Of a stretch of 64,000 bases of DNA, positions 49,626-58,671 are shown piece after piece. The translations under genes were made by a program, and so were the position numbers. Positions within the stretch are counted from its first letter, which is position 1, and the number at the start of each line of letters is the position of its first letter. The DNA comes from Dehalococcoidia bacterium (GTDB lineage: Bacteria; Chloroflexota; Dehalococcoidia; Bin125): the NCBI GenBank assembly GCA_965232875.1, contig OZ247431.1, positions 249,319-313,318 on the forward strand, written 5' to 3'. The notes below the pieces were generated by a model. The model was not told the DNA's origin. It made no database searches and saw nothing but the letters and a program-made list of their open reading frames with translations.

Positions 49626-50087
49626 CTACTTCCGCTCGATCACCACGATCGGAATCTGACGGCCTGCGCCGCCGGCCCGGATCGCGTAGTCGAGATACGG
49701 GGAGAAGTCCTTCGCCATCAACGCGAAGAGCTTGTCCCGTTCTGGACCCTCGGCGGTTCGCGCGGTGGCATCGAACTGCTCGGTGCCGACCATCAACTGG
49801 ACATCCGGGTTGGCGTCGATGTTGAGGTACCAGGCAGGGTGATTTCTCGATCCGCCCTTGCTGGCGACGATCACGTAGGCGTCATCGGACTCGCCGTAGA
49901 TCAACGGCAGCGTCCGCCACTCGCCCGACTTCCGGCCCTTGGCCGCCAACAGCAGGCAGGGAATCGGACCGGAGCCGTCAGGACGGTCCCACATGTGGCC
50001 TTCTTCGCCACCGGAGTTGAGGTACTGCTCGGTGTGGGTGCGGATCCAGTCGGGGAGGTTCGGGTCGACCGTGAAGATGTCGGACAT
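49626..50087 (-). CDS. F420-dependent (Ddn-like) nitroreductase family oxidoreductase
   Basis: GRKSG..RTLPL, VASKGG...P.WYLN, RQIPIV. Confidence 0.9.
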   Translation of the reverse strand: MSDIFTVDPNLPDWIRTHTEQYLNSGGEEGHMWDRPDGSGPIPCLLLAAKGRKSGEWRTLPLIYGESDDAYVIVASKGGSRNHPAWYLNIDANPDVQLMVGTEQFDATARTAEGPERDKLFALMAKDFSPYLDYAIRAGGAGRQIPIVVIERK

Positions 50088-50128
50088 GCTGGCTCTCTCC
50101 AAAACTTGTGAACGTGTTGCCGCAAAGT

Positions 50129-51697
50129 CTAAGGCCGGACGCCGGCCTTGCCCTTGACGCCGAGGGTTGCCGAGATGGTTTCGTAGGCGTGCTCAAGGAA
50201 TCGATAGATGTAAGACCTCGTCTGTCGCGGATCAATGATGTCTTCGATGCCGAACGCCTCGGCTGTGCGAAACGGGTTGCGGAACTGGAGCAGATGCTCT
50301 TCAAGCTCCCGCCGACGCTGGTCGGGATCGGGCGCGCTCTCAATCTCGCGTCGGTAGGCGGCTGCGACACCGCCTTCGATCGGGATGGACCCCCAGTCGC
50401 CTGAGGGCCAGCCGACGCGGTAGTTGATCGAGCCGACATTGGCCGTGGCCTGGCCGGCCATGCCGTAGTTCTTTCGCGTGATCACGGTAAAGACCGGCAC
50501 GGTGGCCAGATAGGTCGCCCAATAGGCGCGCATGCCGTGGCGCAGGGTGCCCGTCGCCTCAGCTTGCGGGCCGAGCATGAACCCGGGCACGTCGGCGACG
50601 AAAACGATCGGGATGTGGAAGTGGTCGCACAGCTCGACGAAATGACCCTGCTTGTCGGCCGAGTCGGCGGTCATCGCGCCAGCCAGCATGCTGGGGTTGT
50701 TGGCCACAATGCCGACGACGTATCCGCCAACGCGGGCAAAGAGCGTGTGTACGGTCGTGCCGAACTCGGGCTTGACCTCGAAGAACTCGCCGTCATCAAC
50801 GATCAGCTCCACGACCCTCAGCATGTTGTAAGGCCTCGTCCGCTTGCGCGGGACAATGCTCAGTAGCTCTTCTTCCTCGCGGTCGGGCGGATCGTCTGTG
50901 GACTTGAAGGGCGGCTGCTGGTAGACGTTCTGCGGCATGTAGCTGAGGAATGCCTGCATCTGTCGGATGGCGTCGATCTCGTCTTTGGCGCGGTTGTCGA
51001 TGGCGCCGGACTGCGCCACATGAATATCGGGCCCGCCAAGTTGGTCTTTGGTCACGTCCTGGCCCAGGGCCCGCTTGACCAGCGGCGGACCGCCGGCGAA
51101 GAGCGCACCCTGGGGCGTCATCACCGTGAAGTGGCCGAGCATGGCTCGCGCGGCGACGCCACCGGCCGTGGCGCCGGCGACACCGAAGATGAGCGGCACT
51201 TCCTGGCCGGCTCGAATGTCGGGGCCGAACACATCGAAGCTGCTCGGCAGATGACCGTGGCCGTCGCCCTCGGCAGCGACGTTGGCGCCTGCGCCCTCGT
51301 GAAAGACGAACAGTGGGACCCGGTACTCGCGCGCCATGTCGGCGAGGAAGAGGCTCTTGAATCGTTCCTGGGTGCTGATATCCGCCGCGCCACCGCCGAC
51401 TGTGAAGTCTTCGCCGCCAACCACAACAGACCGGCCATCGATCTTGGCAAGTCCGCCGATGTAGGGCAATGGTTTGAAGTCCTTGAATTGCTGATCTTCG
51501 TACGCGCCATAACCGGCGAGGCCTCCGATTTCGTGGAAGCTGCCGGGATCGACAAGCGCGTCGATCCGGTCGCGGATGGTGAGCTTGCCCAGCTCTCGCT
51601 GGCGGTTGACGCGTTCCTCGCCGCCCATGTTGAGCGCCAGCTTGCGGCGCAGGTTCAGTTCATCAACTTCGGGTTGCCAGTCGGTCGGTTCGGACAT
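50129..51697 (-). CDS. acyl-CoA carboxylase carboxyltransferase subunit
   Basis: GKLTIRDRI, DFTVGGG, LGGPDIH, DVPGF, IIDPRQTR. Confidence 0.92.
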   Translation of the reverse strand: MSEPTDWQPEVDELNLRRKLALNMGGEERVNRQRELGKLTIRDRIDALVDPGSFHEIGGLAGYGAYEDQQFKDFKPLPYIGGLAKIDGRSVVVGGEDFTVGGGAADISTQERFKSLFLADMAREYRVPLFVFHEGAGANVAAEGDGHGHLPSSFDVFGPDIRAGQEVPLIFGVAGATAGGVAARAMLGHFTVMTPQGALFAGGPPLVKRALGQDVTKDQLGGPDIHVAQSGAIDNRAKDEIDAIRQMQAFLSYMPQNVYQQPPFKSTDDPPDREEEELLSIVPRKRTRPYNMLRVVELIVDDGEFFEVKPEFGTTVHTLFARVGGYVVGIVANNPSMLAGAMTADSADKQGHFVELCDHFHIPIVFVADVPGFMLGPQAEATGTLRHGMRAYWATYLATVPVFTVITRKNYGMAGQATANVGSINYRVGWPSGDWGSIPIEGGVAAAYRREIESAPDPDQRRRELEEHLLQFRNPFRTAEAFGIEDIIDPRQTRSYIYRFLEHAYETISATLGVKGKAGVRP

Positions 51698-51777
51698 CGC
51701 ACGCTCCAGGATGCTGCGCGATCAACCTAGCGGATCGGCTGACACAGTTCGCCCGACGCAGTTCGCCTGTTCGCAAA

Positions 51778-52680
51778 TCAGGCCGAGGCCGCCGCGCCGA
51801 GCCAACCAATGAGCAGGAGCGGCAACATTGGCACGATCAACCATCGCTGCAGTCGCAGGCGCACCTCGGTGATTCGGCGCATGAGCATCCAGATGCAGAA
51901 CAGTCCGACGATGACAAAATAGAGCAACGGCGCCAGCATCCAGGCGAGACTGCCGCCGGACAGGTTGATTGAGGCGGCCGCGAGCGCCAGTGCGGCGGCG
52001 AGTATGGCCCAGGACATGGAGATCGCTGTGTCGATGCCCAGCCAGTGCAGCACAGAGCGGGAGCCGTCGACATCGTCGATTTCAAAGTCCGGCAACTTGT
52101 AGATCATGAACGTGGCCGTGCCGGTCAGCGCGCCGACCGGGATGACCCAGAGCAGATGCGCACTGGTAAAGCTCGCATCTGCCGTCTGGATTGCGCCGAC
52201 CGGCAACAGGACGCCAATCAAACCAAATGCCGCGAACCCGAGCAGCGATCCGCGCCAGGCGTAGCTGTACAGGGCGGTTGCGGCGAGCATGGCCAGGCCG
52301 ATCACACCCACGCGCCAATCGGTCAGGAATCCAATCACGCAGCCCAGCGCCGTGGGGATCAGGGCTGCGAGCAGCGCCGATTTCGGCGTCATCTTCGATG
52401 CCGGGATCGGTCGCATCAGCCTGCTGGTGGCGTCGATGTTGGCGTCCAGGGCGTTGTTGATCAGTCCGGCGGCATAGGCAAACGCGACGATCATGCCGCC
52501 GTATTGGAACGGAAGTCCCCAGTAGAGCGAGCCCTCGGCTGCGGTCAGCACCATCAATGCCGCGGTGACCAGCATCCAGCTGGCGGTGGTCGGACGGCAG
52601 AGTTCCATCCAGGCATACGTGCGGCTACGCAACAGCCTGATTCGCCAGTCGACTTGCGGGTCTGGGTCGTGCTCTGTCAC
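51778..52680 (-). CDS. UbiA family prenyltransferase
   Basis: ELCRP, NNALDANID..RPIP, DFEIDDVDG; multi-TM. Confidence 0.85.
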   Translation of the reverse strand: MTEHDPDPQVDWRIRLLRSRTYAWMELCRPTTASWMLVTAALMVLTAAEGSLYWGLPFQYGGMIVAFAYAAGLINNALDANIDATSRLMRPIPASKMTPKSALLAALIPTALGCVIGFLTDWRVGVIGLAMLAATALYSYAWRGSLLGFAAFGLIGVLLPVGAIQTADASFTSAHLLWVIPVGALTGTATFMIYKLPDFEIDDVDGSRSVLHWLGIDTAISMSWAILAAALALAAASINLSGGSLAWMLAPLLYFVIVGLFCIWMLMRRITEVRLRLQRWLIVPMLPLLLIGWLGAAASA

Positions 52681-52799
52681 TGAGTCAGCTTATGCGCCAA
52701 CTCGTTGATCTCCAGCGATGTACATTCACAATCAGGTCGTCTACATATACTCGCAACCAATATCGAGCATCGGACGACCAGAATTGACAGGAGCTCCCA

Positions 52800-53666
52800 A
52801 TGGCGATCTTGAATATGGTCCGCGACTACGAACGAGTCGCCAAGTTTCAGCTTGGACGGTACGTGGGGATGAAGGGGCCGGGATTGGTCTGGATTATTCC
52901 GATTCTCCAGGCGGGAGTCAAGGTCGATACCCGCGAGCAGTACTTCGATGTGCCACCACAGCGCAACATCACGCGAGACAACGCCGGAGTCGATGTGGAC
53001 TTCGTCGTTTATCTGCGCGTGATGGACCCGGAGCGCACGGTGCTCGAGGTCCGAGATTACCTCGGCGCCGCTCGGCAACTGGCGACAACCACGCTGCGCG
53101 CTGTCGTCGGTGAGATGGCGCTGGACGAGGTCCTGTCCCGTCGCGACGACATTAACGACATGATGCGAATCAAGCTCGATGAAGTGACCAATCGCTGGGG
53201 CGTGAAGGTGACCGCGGTGGAAATCCGCGAGATCGAGCCGCCGCCCGCCATCGCCGAGGCAATGACGCGTCAGATGTCTGCAGAGCGAACGCGACGCGCC
53301 CAGATCACGGAGTCCGAAGGTTCGCGTGACGCGCAGATCAACGTCGCCGAGGGTGAGCGGCAAGCAGCCATTCTACAGGCGGAAGGTGAGCGGCAATCGC
53401 AGATTCTGCGTGCGTCAGGTCACAAGGAAGCGCAGTTGTTGGAGGCAGAGGGTTACGCCAGCGCGCTTGCGGCGATCAACGAAGTCGCCTCAGATGCACA
53501 CGGCAACACGATGGGTCTGCAATACCTCGACGCCATCCGCACGCTGGCGACCAGCGAGAGCACCAAGTGGATTGTGCCGATGGAGCTAACGAACGCGGCT
53601 CGCGCAATCGTCGAGCGTCTGGGTGTCGGTTCGAGCAACGCAGGCGCCAATGGCGGCGGCGGGTAG
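52800..53666 (+). CDS. SPFH/Band 7 (stomatin-like) protein
   Basis: GPGL, ITRDN, TTLRAVVG, QMSAER. Confidence 0.92.
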   Translation: MAILNMVRDYERVAKFQLGRYVGMKGPGLVWIIPILQAGVKVDTREQYFDVPPQRNITRDNAGVDVDFVVYLRVMDPERTVLEVRDYLGAARQLATTTLRAVVGEMALDEVLSRRDDINDMMRIKLDEVTNRWGVKVTAVEIREIEPPPAIAEAMTRQMSAERTRRAQITESEGSRDAQINVAEGERQAAILQAEGERQSQILRASGHKEAQLLEAEGYASALAAINEVASDAHGNTMGLQYLDAIRTLATSESTKWIVPMELTNAARAIVERLGVGSSNAGANGGGG

Positions 53667-53699
53667 TCGGCTGCAGGCATCATCCCAGTCCCTGCTTCC

Positions 53700-54048
53700 C
53701 GAATCCCATCTCCCCCCCTCGCGGGGGAGATGTCACGGAGTGACAGAGGGGGGTCGGCGGAAGATGACCAGATAGGGATCCCGAACAGAGGATCCCCCCT
53801 CTGCCTACGGCATCTCCCCCACAAGGAGACTGATGCATAACCTTTCAACCGCCCTCGCCTCCGAGCGGGGGCCCGCTCCTTCCCTGGACCCGACGCGAAG
53901 GCCATTCTTACGCGTCCTATCTGGTCTTCCGTAACAAGTCGGTGCTGCAGTGGACCAGCCTGAGCGGGTCCCCGCTCGGGGTCGGGGACGGGAATCTCAA
54001 TTGTGCATCAGTCTCACAGGGGGGGAAGGGGAGTTACGCGTTGGTTTC
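53700..54048. mobile_element. family B element containing nested MITE A copy 3 (53826-54015)
   Basis: A TIRs GAGACTGATGCATAA / TTGTGCATCAGTCTC; flanks ACAAG / ACAGG within the B hairpin loop. Confidence 0.8.
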
Positions 54049-54075
54049 AGCGAGAGGAGGCAGGGAGTTGACGAC

Positions 54076-54798
54076 CTATTGTGGGCCCGCATATTCGTGC
54101 ACGAACTGGTGCATCTCCGACATCACGGTCTCCGGATCCTCAGCCAGACCGTGGCCGCCGTTCTCAATCAGGACCAACTTCTTCGGCTCGGCGGCGCGCT
54201 CGTAGATGTCCTCCGAGGCCATGTGATGTAGGATCGCGTCGGCGGTGCCGTGGATCAGTAGTAGCGGCTTAGCCATTTCATCCACCTGGCGAGTGCCGAA
54301 GAGCTGTGGTGAGAGTGAGATCACGCCTCGGACCTGTGGCATGATTTGTGCGGTCTTGATCACTACTGCGCCGCCGAATGAATGTCCGGCGAGGACGAGC
54401 CGCTCCGCTCCGACGCCGGACAGGAACGAACAAGCTCCAAGCAGATCGAGCACGCACTCCTCAAACTCTCCTGCGATCCGGTAGTGAATACGTAGGGTCG
54501 AAATGCCTTCGCCGGGCAATTGCTCGGCCAACCGCCGATAGACGCTGTCGGCGGGACCTCGCGTTTCGTGCTCCCCGCCCATTGCGCCGGAACAGGTGAT
54601 CAGCGCACCAGTCTGACCCTCACAGACATCGAGCATGGCTTTGATTTCTCCGCGAGTCGTGCCCAGCCGCAACTCCAGGCGCGACGGATCTGGCTCGCCG
54701 ACTTCTACTTCCCTCGGTCGCGCCTGCACGCCGGTAATGCTGAGTGTGAGATCTTCAGGATCGGGTTCGTCGGGCAAGGGATTGAGCTTGAACGTCAT
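54076..54798 (-). CDS. alpha/beta hydrolase
   Basis: GHSFGG, HGTAD, GH triad. Confidence 0.88.
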   Translation of the reverse strand: MTFKLNPLPDEPDPEDLTLSITGVQARPREVEVGEPDPSRLELRLGTTRGEIKAMLDVCEGQTGALITCSGAMGGEHETRGPADSVYRRLAEQLPGEGISTLRIHYRIAGEFEECVLDLLGACSFLSGVGAERLVLAGHSFGGAVVIKTAQIMPQVRGVISLSPQLFGTRQVDEMAKPLLLIHGTADAILHHMASEDIYERAAEPKKLVLIENGGHGLAEDPETVMSEMHQFVHEYAGPQ

Positions 54799-54868
54799 AT
54801 GAGCAGGCTAGCGCCCGTGAGATCGGCCTTGAGTGCGGCGTCGAGTTCGATTTGCCTGCTTGAGCCGT

Positions 54869-56158
54869 CTACTTGGCCATTGGCGACTGAAAGAGGAATC
54901 GCTGAATGCGGTTGAGCGCTTCCTCGATGTCGTCGTAACTGGTGGCGTAACAGGCACGCACGTGTCCCGCGCCGGCGGCGCCGAAGGCTGATCCGGGCAC
55001 AACGGCGACCTGCTCTTGCAGGAGCAGTTGTTCGGCGAAGGTCTCGTCGTCGTAGCCGGTCTGGGCGACAGAGGGGAACGCGTAGAACGCGCCGCGCGGC
55101 TCGGCGCAAGCGAGTCCGAGCTTGTTGAAGCCTCGCCACATCAGTTGACGCCGACGGTCGTATTCCTCGCGCATCGAGATCACATATTCCTCGCCTGCGC
55201 GGACGGCTTCGAGGGCTGCGTGTTGCGCCACGGTCGGCGCGGACATCATGGCATACTGGTGAATCTTCAACATCCCGCCCAACAGGTCCGAGGGCGCAGC
55301 CGCCCATGCGACGCGCCAGCCGGTCATCGCGTGCGACTTGGAGAAGCCGCCCAGTGTGATCGTCCGCTCCTGCATGCCCGGAAGCGCAGCGATGGGCGTG
55401 TGGGTCGCGCCGCCGTAGACCAGCCGGTCGTAGATTTCGTCCGAGATGACCAGCAGGTCATGTCGCTTCACAACGTCGGCCAGCGCCTCGAGGGTTCGAC
55501 GATCGAGCACTGCGCCGGTTGGGTTGGAGGGATAAGCGACCAGCAGCGCCTTGGTCTTGGGCGTAATCGCCGCCTCGACCGCGCTCGGGTCAAGTTCGAA
55601 GTTCTGCGCCGCGTTGGTGGTGACGGGGACGGGCGTGCCTCCGGCGAGCACTACCGCCGGCGCGTGAGCCGCGTAAGATGGGTCAGCCACGATCACTTCG
55701 TCGCCCGGATTGATGATCGCGCGCGCCGCCAGATCAAGGCCTTCGGAGACGCCGGTCGTAATCAGCAGCTCTTCGCGAGGATCCCACTGAATCCCGTAGC
55801 GACGATCCAGGTCGGCGGCGATCGCTTCTCGCAACTCCAGCAGTCCCAGGTTGGACGTGTAGTGCGTGTGCCCCTGCTCGATCGCGCGAATGCCGGCTTC
55901 GGAGATGGGCCAGGGTGTGACGAAATCGGGTTCACCCACCCCCAGCGATATCACCTGCTCCATTGAGGCGATGATGTCAAAGAAGCGCCGGATGCCCGAT
56001 CCAGGTACGGCTTGTACCCGCTCGGCGACCCTGCTCGGACCGTCGGCCGCGTTTACTCCCGCTCCAGCCGCCGCGGACGCCGATCCAGCACCCGCGGCGC
56101 CGATACGCCTGGGTTCGTCGTCGCTGGCAAATGGGCGGTCGTTGGACGCTATGGGCAT
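54869..56158 (-). CDS. PLP aminotransferase class I/II
   Basis: LGVGEPDF, PSNPTG, DEIY, GFSKSHAMTGWR. Confidence 0.93.
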   Translation of the reverse strand: MPIASNDRPFASDDEPRRIGAAGAGSASAAAGAGVNAADGPSRVAERVQAVPGSGIRRFFDIIASMEQVISLGVGEPDFVTPWPISEAGIRAIEQGHTHYTSNLGLLELREAIAADLDRRYGIQWDPREELLITTGVSEGLDLAARAIINPGDEVIVADPSYAAHAPAVVLAGGTPVPVTTNAAQNFELDPSAVEAAITPKTKALLVAYPSNPTGAVLDRRTLEALADVVKRHDLLVISDEIYDRLVYGGATHTPIAALPGMQERTITLGGFSKSHAMTGWRVAWAAAPSDLLGGMLKIHQYAMMSAPTVAQHAALEAVRAGEEYVISMREEYDRRRQLMWRGFNKLGLACAEPRGAFYAFPSVAQTGYDDETFAEQLLLQEQVAVVPGSAFGAAGAGHVRACYATSYDDIEEALNRIQRFLFQSPMAK

Positions 56159-56189
56159 GGAACTCTCGCTCTGAACTCCTGTGTACGGG

Positions 56190-56684
56190 TTAGAAGACGA
56201 CCTTCTGGCGGTCGTTCTGCAGATCGATCTCAAGGAAGACGCCGTCTTCCTTGTAGCGGCGCATCAGGACGCGGGTCGTGGTGCCCTTGACGCCCGACAT
56301 CGTGGCCAGGCGATCGCCGACGAAGTCGGAGATGCCGCGCATGTTGTCGGCCTCGACCATGACCAGGAGGTCGTAGGCACCGGAGACGAAGTACACCGTA
56401 CGCACTTCATCAAAGCGCGCGATTCGGCGGGCGACGGCGTTGTAGCCAACGTTTTCCTGAGGCTCGACGGTCACTTCGACGACGGCGTACACGGTCGAGA
56501 GCCCCAGAGTCTCCCAGTTAATCTTCGCGCCGTGCGCCAGGATGATGCCGCGTTCCTGCGCTTCTTCGATCGCGTCAACCACAGCCGATTCTTCAACGCC
56601 GACGGTCGCAGCGATCTGGGCCGGAGTCAGGCGGGCGTCGCGTTCGAGTTCGCGCAGAACGGGTTCGAGGATTGAGTCCATCAA
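56190..56684 (-). CDS. Lrp/AsnC family transcriptional regulator
   Basis: LERDARLT HTH; VSGAYDL. Confidence 0.9.
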   Translation of the reverse strand: MMDSILEPVLRELERDARLTPAQIAATVGVEESAVVDAIEEAQERGIILAHGAKINWETLGLSTVYAVVEVTVEPQENVGYNAVARRIARFDEVRTVYFVSGAYDLLVMVEADNMRGISDFVGDRLATMSGVKGTTTRVLMRRYKEDGVFLEIDLQNDRQKVVF

Positions 56685-56746
56685 GATCGCACTTTACGTG
56701 AAGAAATGGGTCGTGTCAGTGGTGGTGGGCGGACCGGATCTACTCG

Positions 56747-58249
56747 TTACGTTGAGCCAACATTCGAACTCGGAATCGTGGGCCATCGCGCGATCTGCTC
56801 GTAGGCGTTGGCGACGCCGAGCAAGGTGGTCTCGTCCAGACGTTGTCCGACGAACTGCAGACCGACCGGCATCCCCTCGGCGCCGAAACCGCCGGGAATC
56901 GAGATCGCCGGCAGACCGGCGATATTGGCCGGAATCGTGAAGATGTCGTTGAGGTACATCTGATACGGGTCGGTAATCTCGCCCTGCTTGAAGGCGACCG
57001 TCGGCGCAGTCGGTGCGACGATCACATCGTGCTCGGCGAAGACGCGGTCGAACTCCCGTCGAATCAACGTACGGACTTTCTGCGCCTGCAGATAGTAGGC
57101 GTCGTAGTAGCCGGCCGAAAGGGCGTATGCGCCGAGCAGGATGCGGCGCTTGACCTCACGGCCGAATCCGTGCTGCCGAGTTGCTTCCATGTCCGACCAC
57201 ATCGACTCGCCGCCTCGAGCGCCGTAGCCGTACTTGACGCCGTCGAATCGAGCCAGATTGGCCGAGCATTCTGACGGAGCCAGAATGTAGTAGACCGGCA
57301 GCGCCATCGGCACTGAAGGCATCGAAGGGCTTCGGTCGATCACTGCGCCGTTCGCAGCCAACAAATCCAATGAAGCTTCAACGGTTGCAGCGACATCGTC
57401 GTCCATGCCGTCACCGAAGAACTCTTGCGGCGCGGCGACTTTCAGGCCGTCGAGGCCGCGGTCAAGTTGAGCAGAGAAGTCAGGCACCGGCTCGTCGTAG
57501 CAGGTGGAATCGAGCGGATCCGGTCCGGCGATGGCCTGTAACAAGAGCGCGGCATCTTCCACAGTTCGCGTGAACGGGCCGATCTGGTCTAGAGAACTGG
57601 CGAACGCAATTAACCCATAGCGCGAGACTCGGCCATACGTTGGTTTCAGGCCGACCACGCCGCAGAACGACGCGGGCTGCCGGATCGATCCGCCAGTGTC
57701 CGAGCCGAGCGACGCGATGCATTGCTGAGCCGCGACGGCGGCGGCAGATCCGCCGGATGAGCCGCCCGGTACCCGCTCGAGATCCCACGGGTTTGCAGTA
57801 GGGAACCAGGCGGAGTGTTCGGTGGAGGAACCCATCGCGAACTCGTCCATGTTGGTCTTGCCCACGGAGACGGCGCCGGCGTCGCGCAAGCGCGAGACGA
57901 CCGTCGCGTCATAAGGCGGGACGAGATTGTCAAGCATCCGCGAACCGGCGGTGGTGCGTACGCCCTTGGTCATCAAGACGTCCTTGAGCGCAATCGGCAA
58001 GCCGGTCAGGGGTGCAGTCGCATCACCGCCGGCGAGCAGATCGTCAGCGGCGGCAGCCTCAGCCAACGCCTTCTCACCCGTCACCGTGACGAATGCGTGT
58101 ACGTCCTCATCGGTGGCGCTGATCCGGTCCAGAAAGGCCTGAGTGAGTTGTTGCGACGTGACGTGTCCGTCCCGAAGCCGGCGTGCGCCGTCTGCCAATG
58201 TGGTCGACAGCAGGTCCTGGTTGCTTGTTGTGTCAACGGATGCGCTCAT
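56747..58249 (-). CDS. gatA: Asp/Glu-tRNA amidotransferase subunit A
   Basis: GKTNMDEFAMGSSTE, GGSSGGS, DTGGSIRQP, EVKRRI, MYLNDIFT. Confidence 0.96.
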   Translation of the reverse strand: MSASVDTTSNQDLLSTTLADGARRLRDGHVTSQQLTQAFLDRISATDEDVHAFVTVTGEKALAEAAAADDLLAGGDATAPLTGLPIALKDVLMTKGVRTTAGSRMLDNLVPPYDATVVSRLRDAGAVSVGKTNMDEFAMGSSTEHSAWFPTANPWDLERVPGGSSGGSAAAVAAQQCIASLGSDTGGSIRQPASFCGVVGLKPTYGRVSRYGLIAFASSLDQIGPFTRTVEDAALLLQAIAGPDPLDSTCYDEPVPDFSAQLDRGLDGLKVAAPQEFFGDGMDDDVAATVEASLDLLAANGAVIDRSPSMPSVPMALPVYYILAPSECSANLARFDGVKYGYGARGGESMWSDMEATRQHGFGREVKRRILLGAYALSAGYYDAYYLQAQKVRTLIRREFDRVFAEHDVIVAPTAPTVAFKQGEITDPYQMYLNDIFTIPANIAGLPAISIPGGFGAEGMPVGLQFVGQRLDETTLLGVANAYEQIARWPTIPSSNVGST

Positions 58250-58557
58250 GATTGATCAAGCACCGCATGCACGCGGAAGTAGTCGTCCTCCCGCTGAGGC
58301 GCATTAGCCATGATCTGCTCGCGAGGCAACGATGGCCGCGAGGCGTCGTCGTCTTTGACGTTGAGCAAGTCTGCGCCGTTGTTGGTCGGCGGGACATCTG
58401 TGGTGTCGATTTCAGCCAACGCGTCGATGTGCGAGAGGATACTCGCGAGTTCGCTGCGGAACTCTTCGACTTCGGAATCCGTCAATTCAATACGCACCAA
58501 TGATGCGAGATGACGGACCTGTTCGCTCGTGAACTGTGTGTCGTCTGATGAGGGCAT
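58246..58557 (-). CDS. gatC: Asp/Glu-tRNA amidotransferase subunit C
   Basis: QVRHLASLVRI...DVPPT...NAP..YFRV; overlaps gatA. Confidence 0.92.
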   Translation of the reverse strand: MPSSDDTQFTSEQVRHLASLVRIELTDSEVEEFRSELASILSHIDALAEIDTTDVPPTNNGADLLNVKDDDASRPSLPREQIMANAPQREDDYFRVHAVLDQS

Positions 58558-58671
58558 ATTGGGAGGATCGCGTGAGCGCCTTCGTTATCGGTGAGTGAAA
58601 CGCAGCGTATCGCTCGATCACGTACTGGTCAGGTTGAAGGTCACACGACGTAATGTGGAGTCTGAGCAGGA

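Noticed and set aside
56747-58557. gatB missing from gatCA as an anomaly
   Set aside because: An unlinked gatB is common and probably lies elsewhere in the genome
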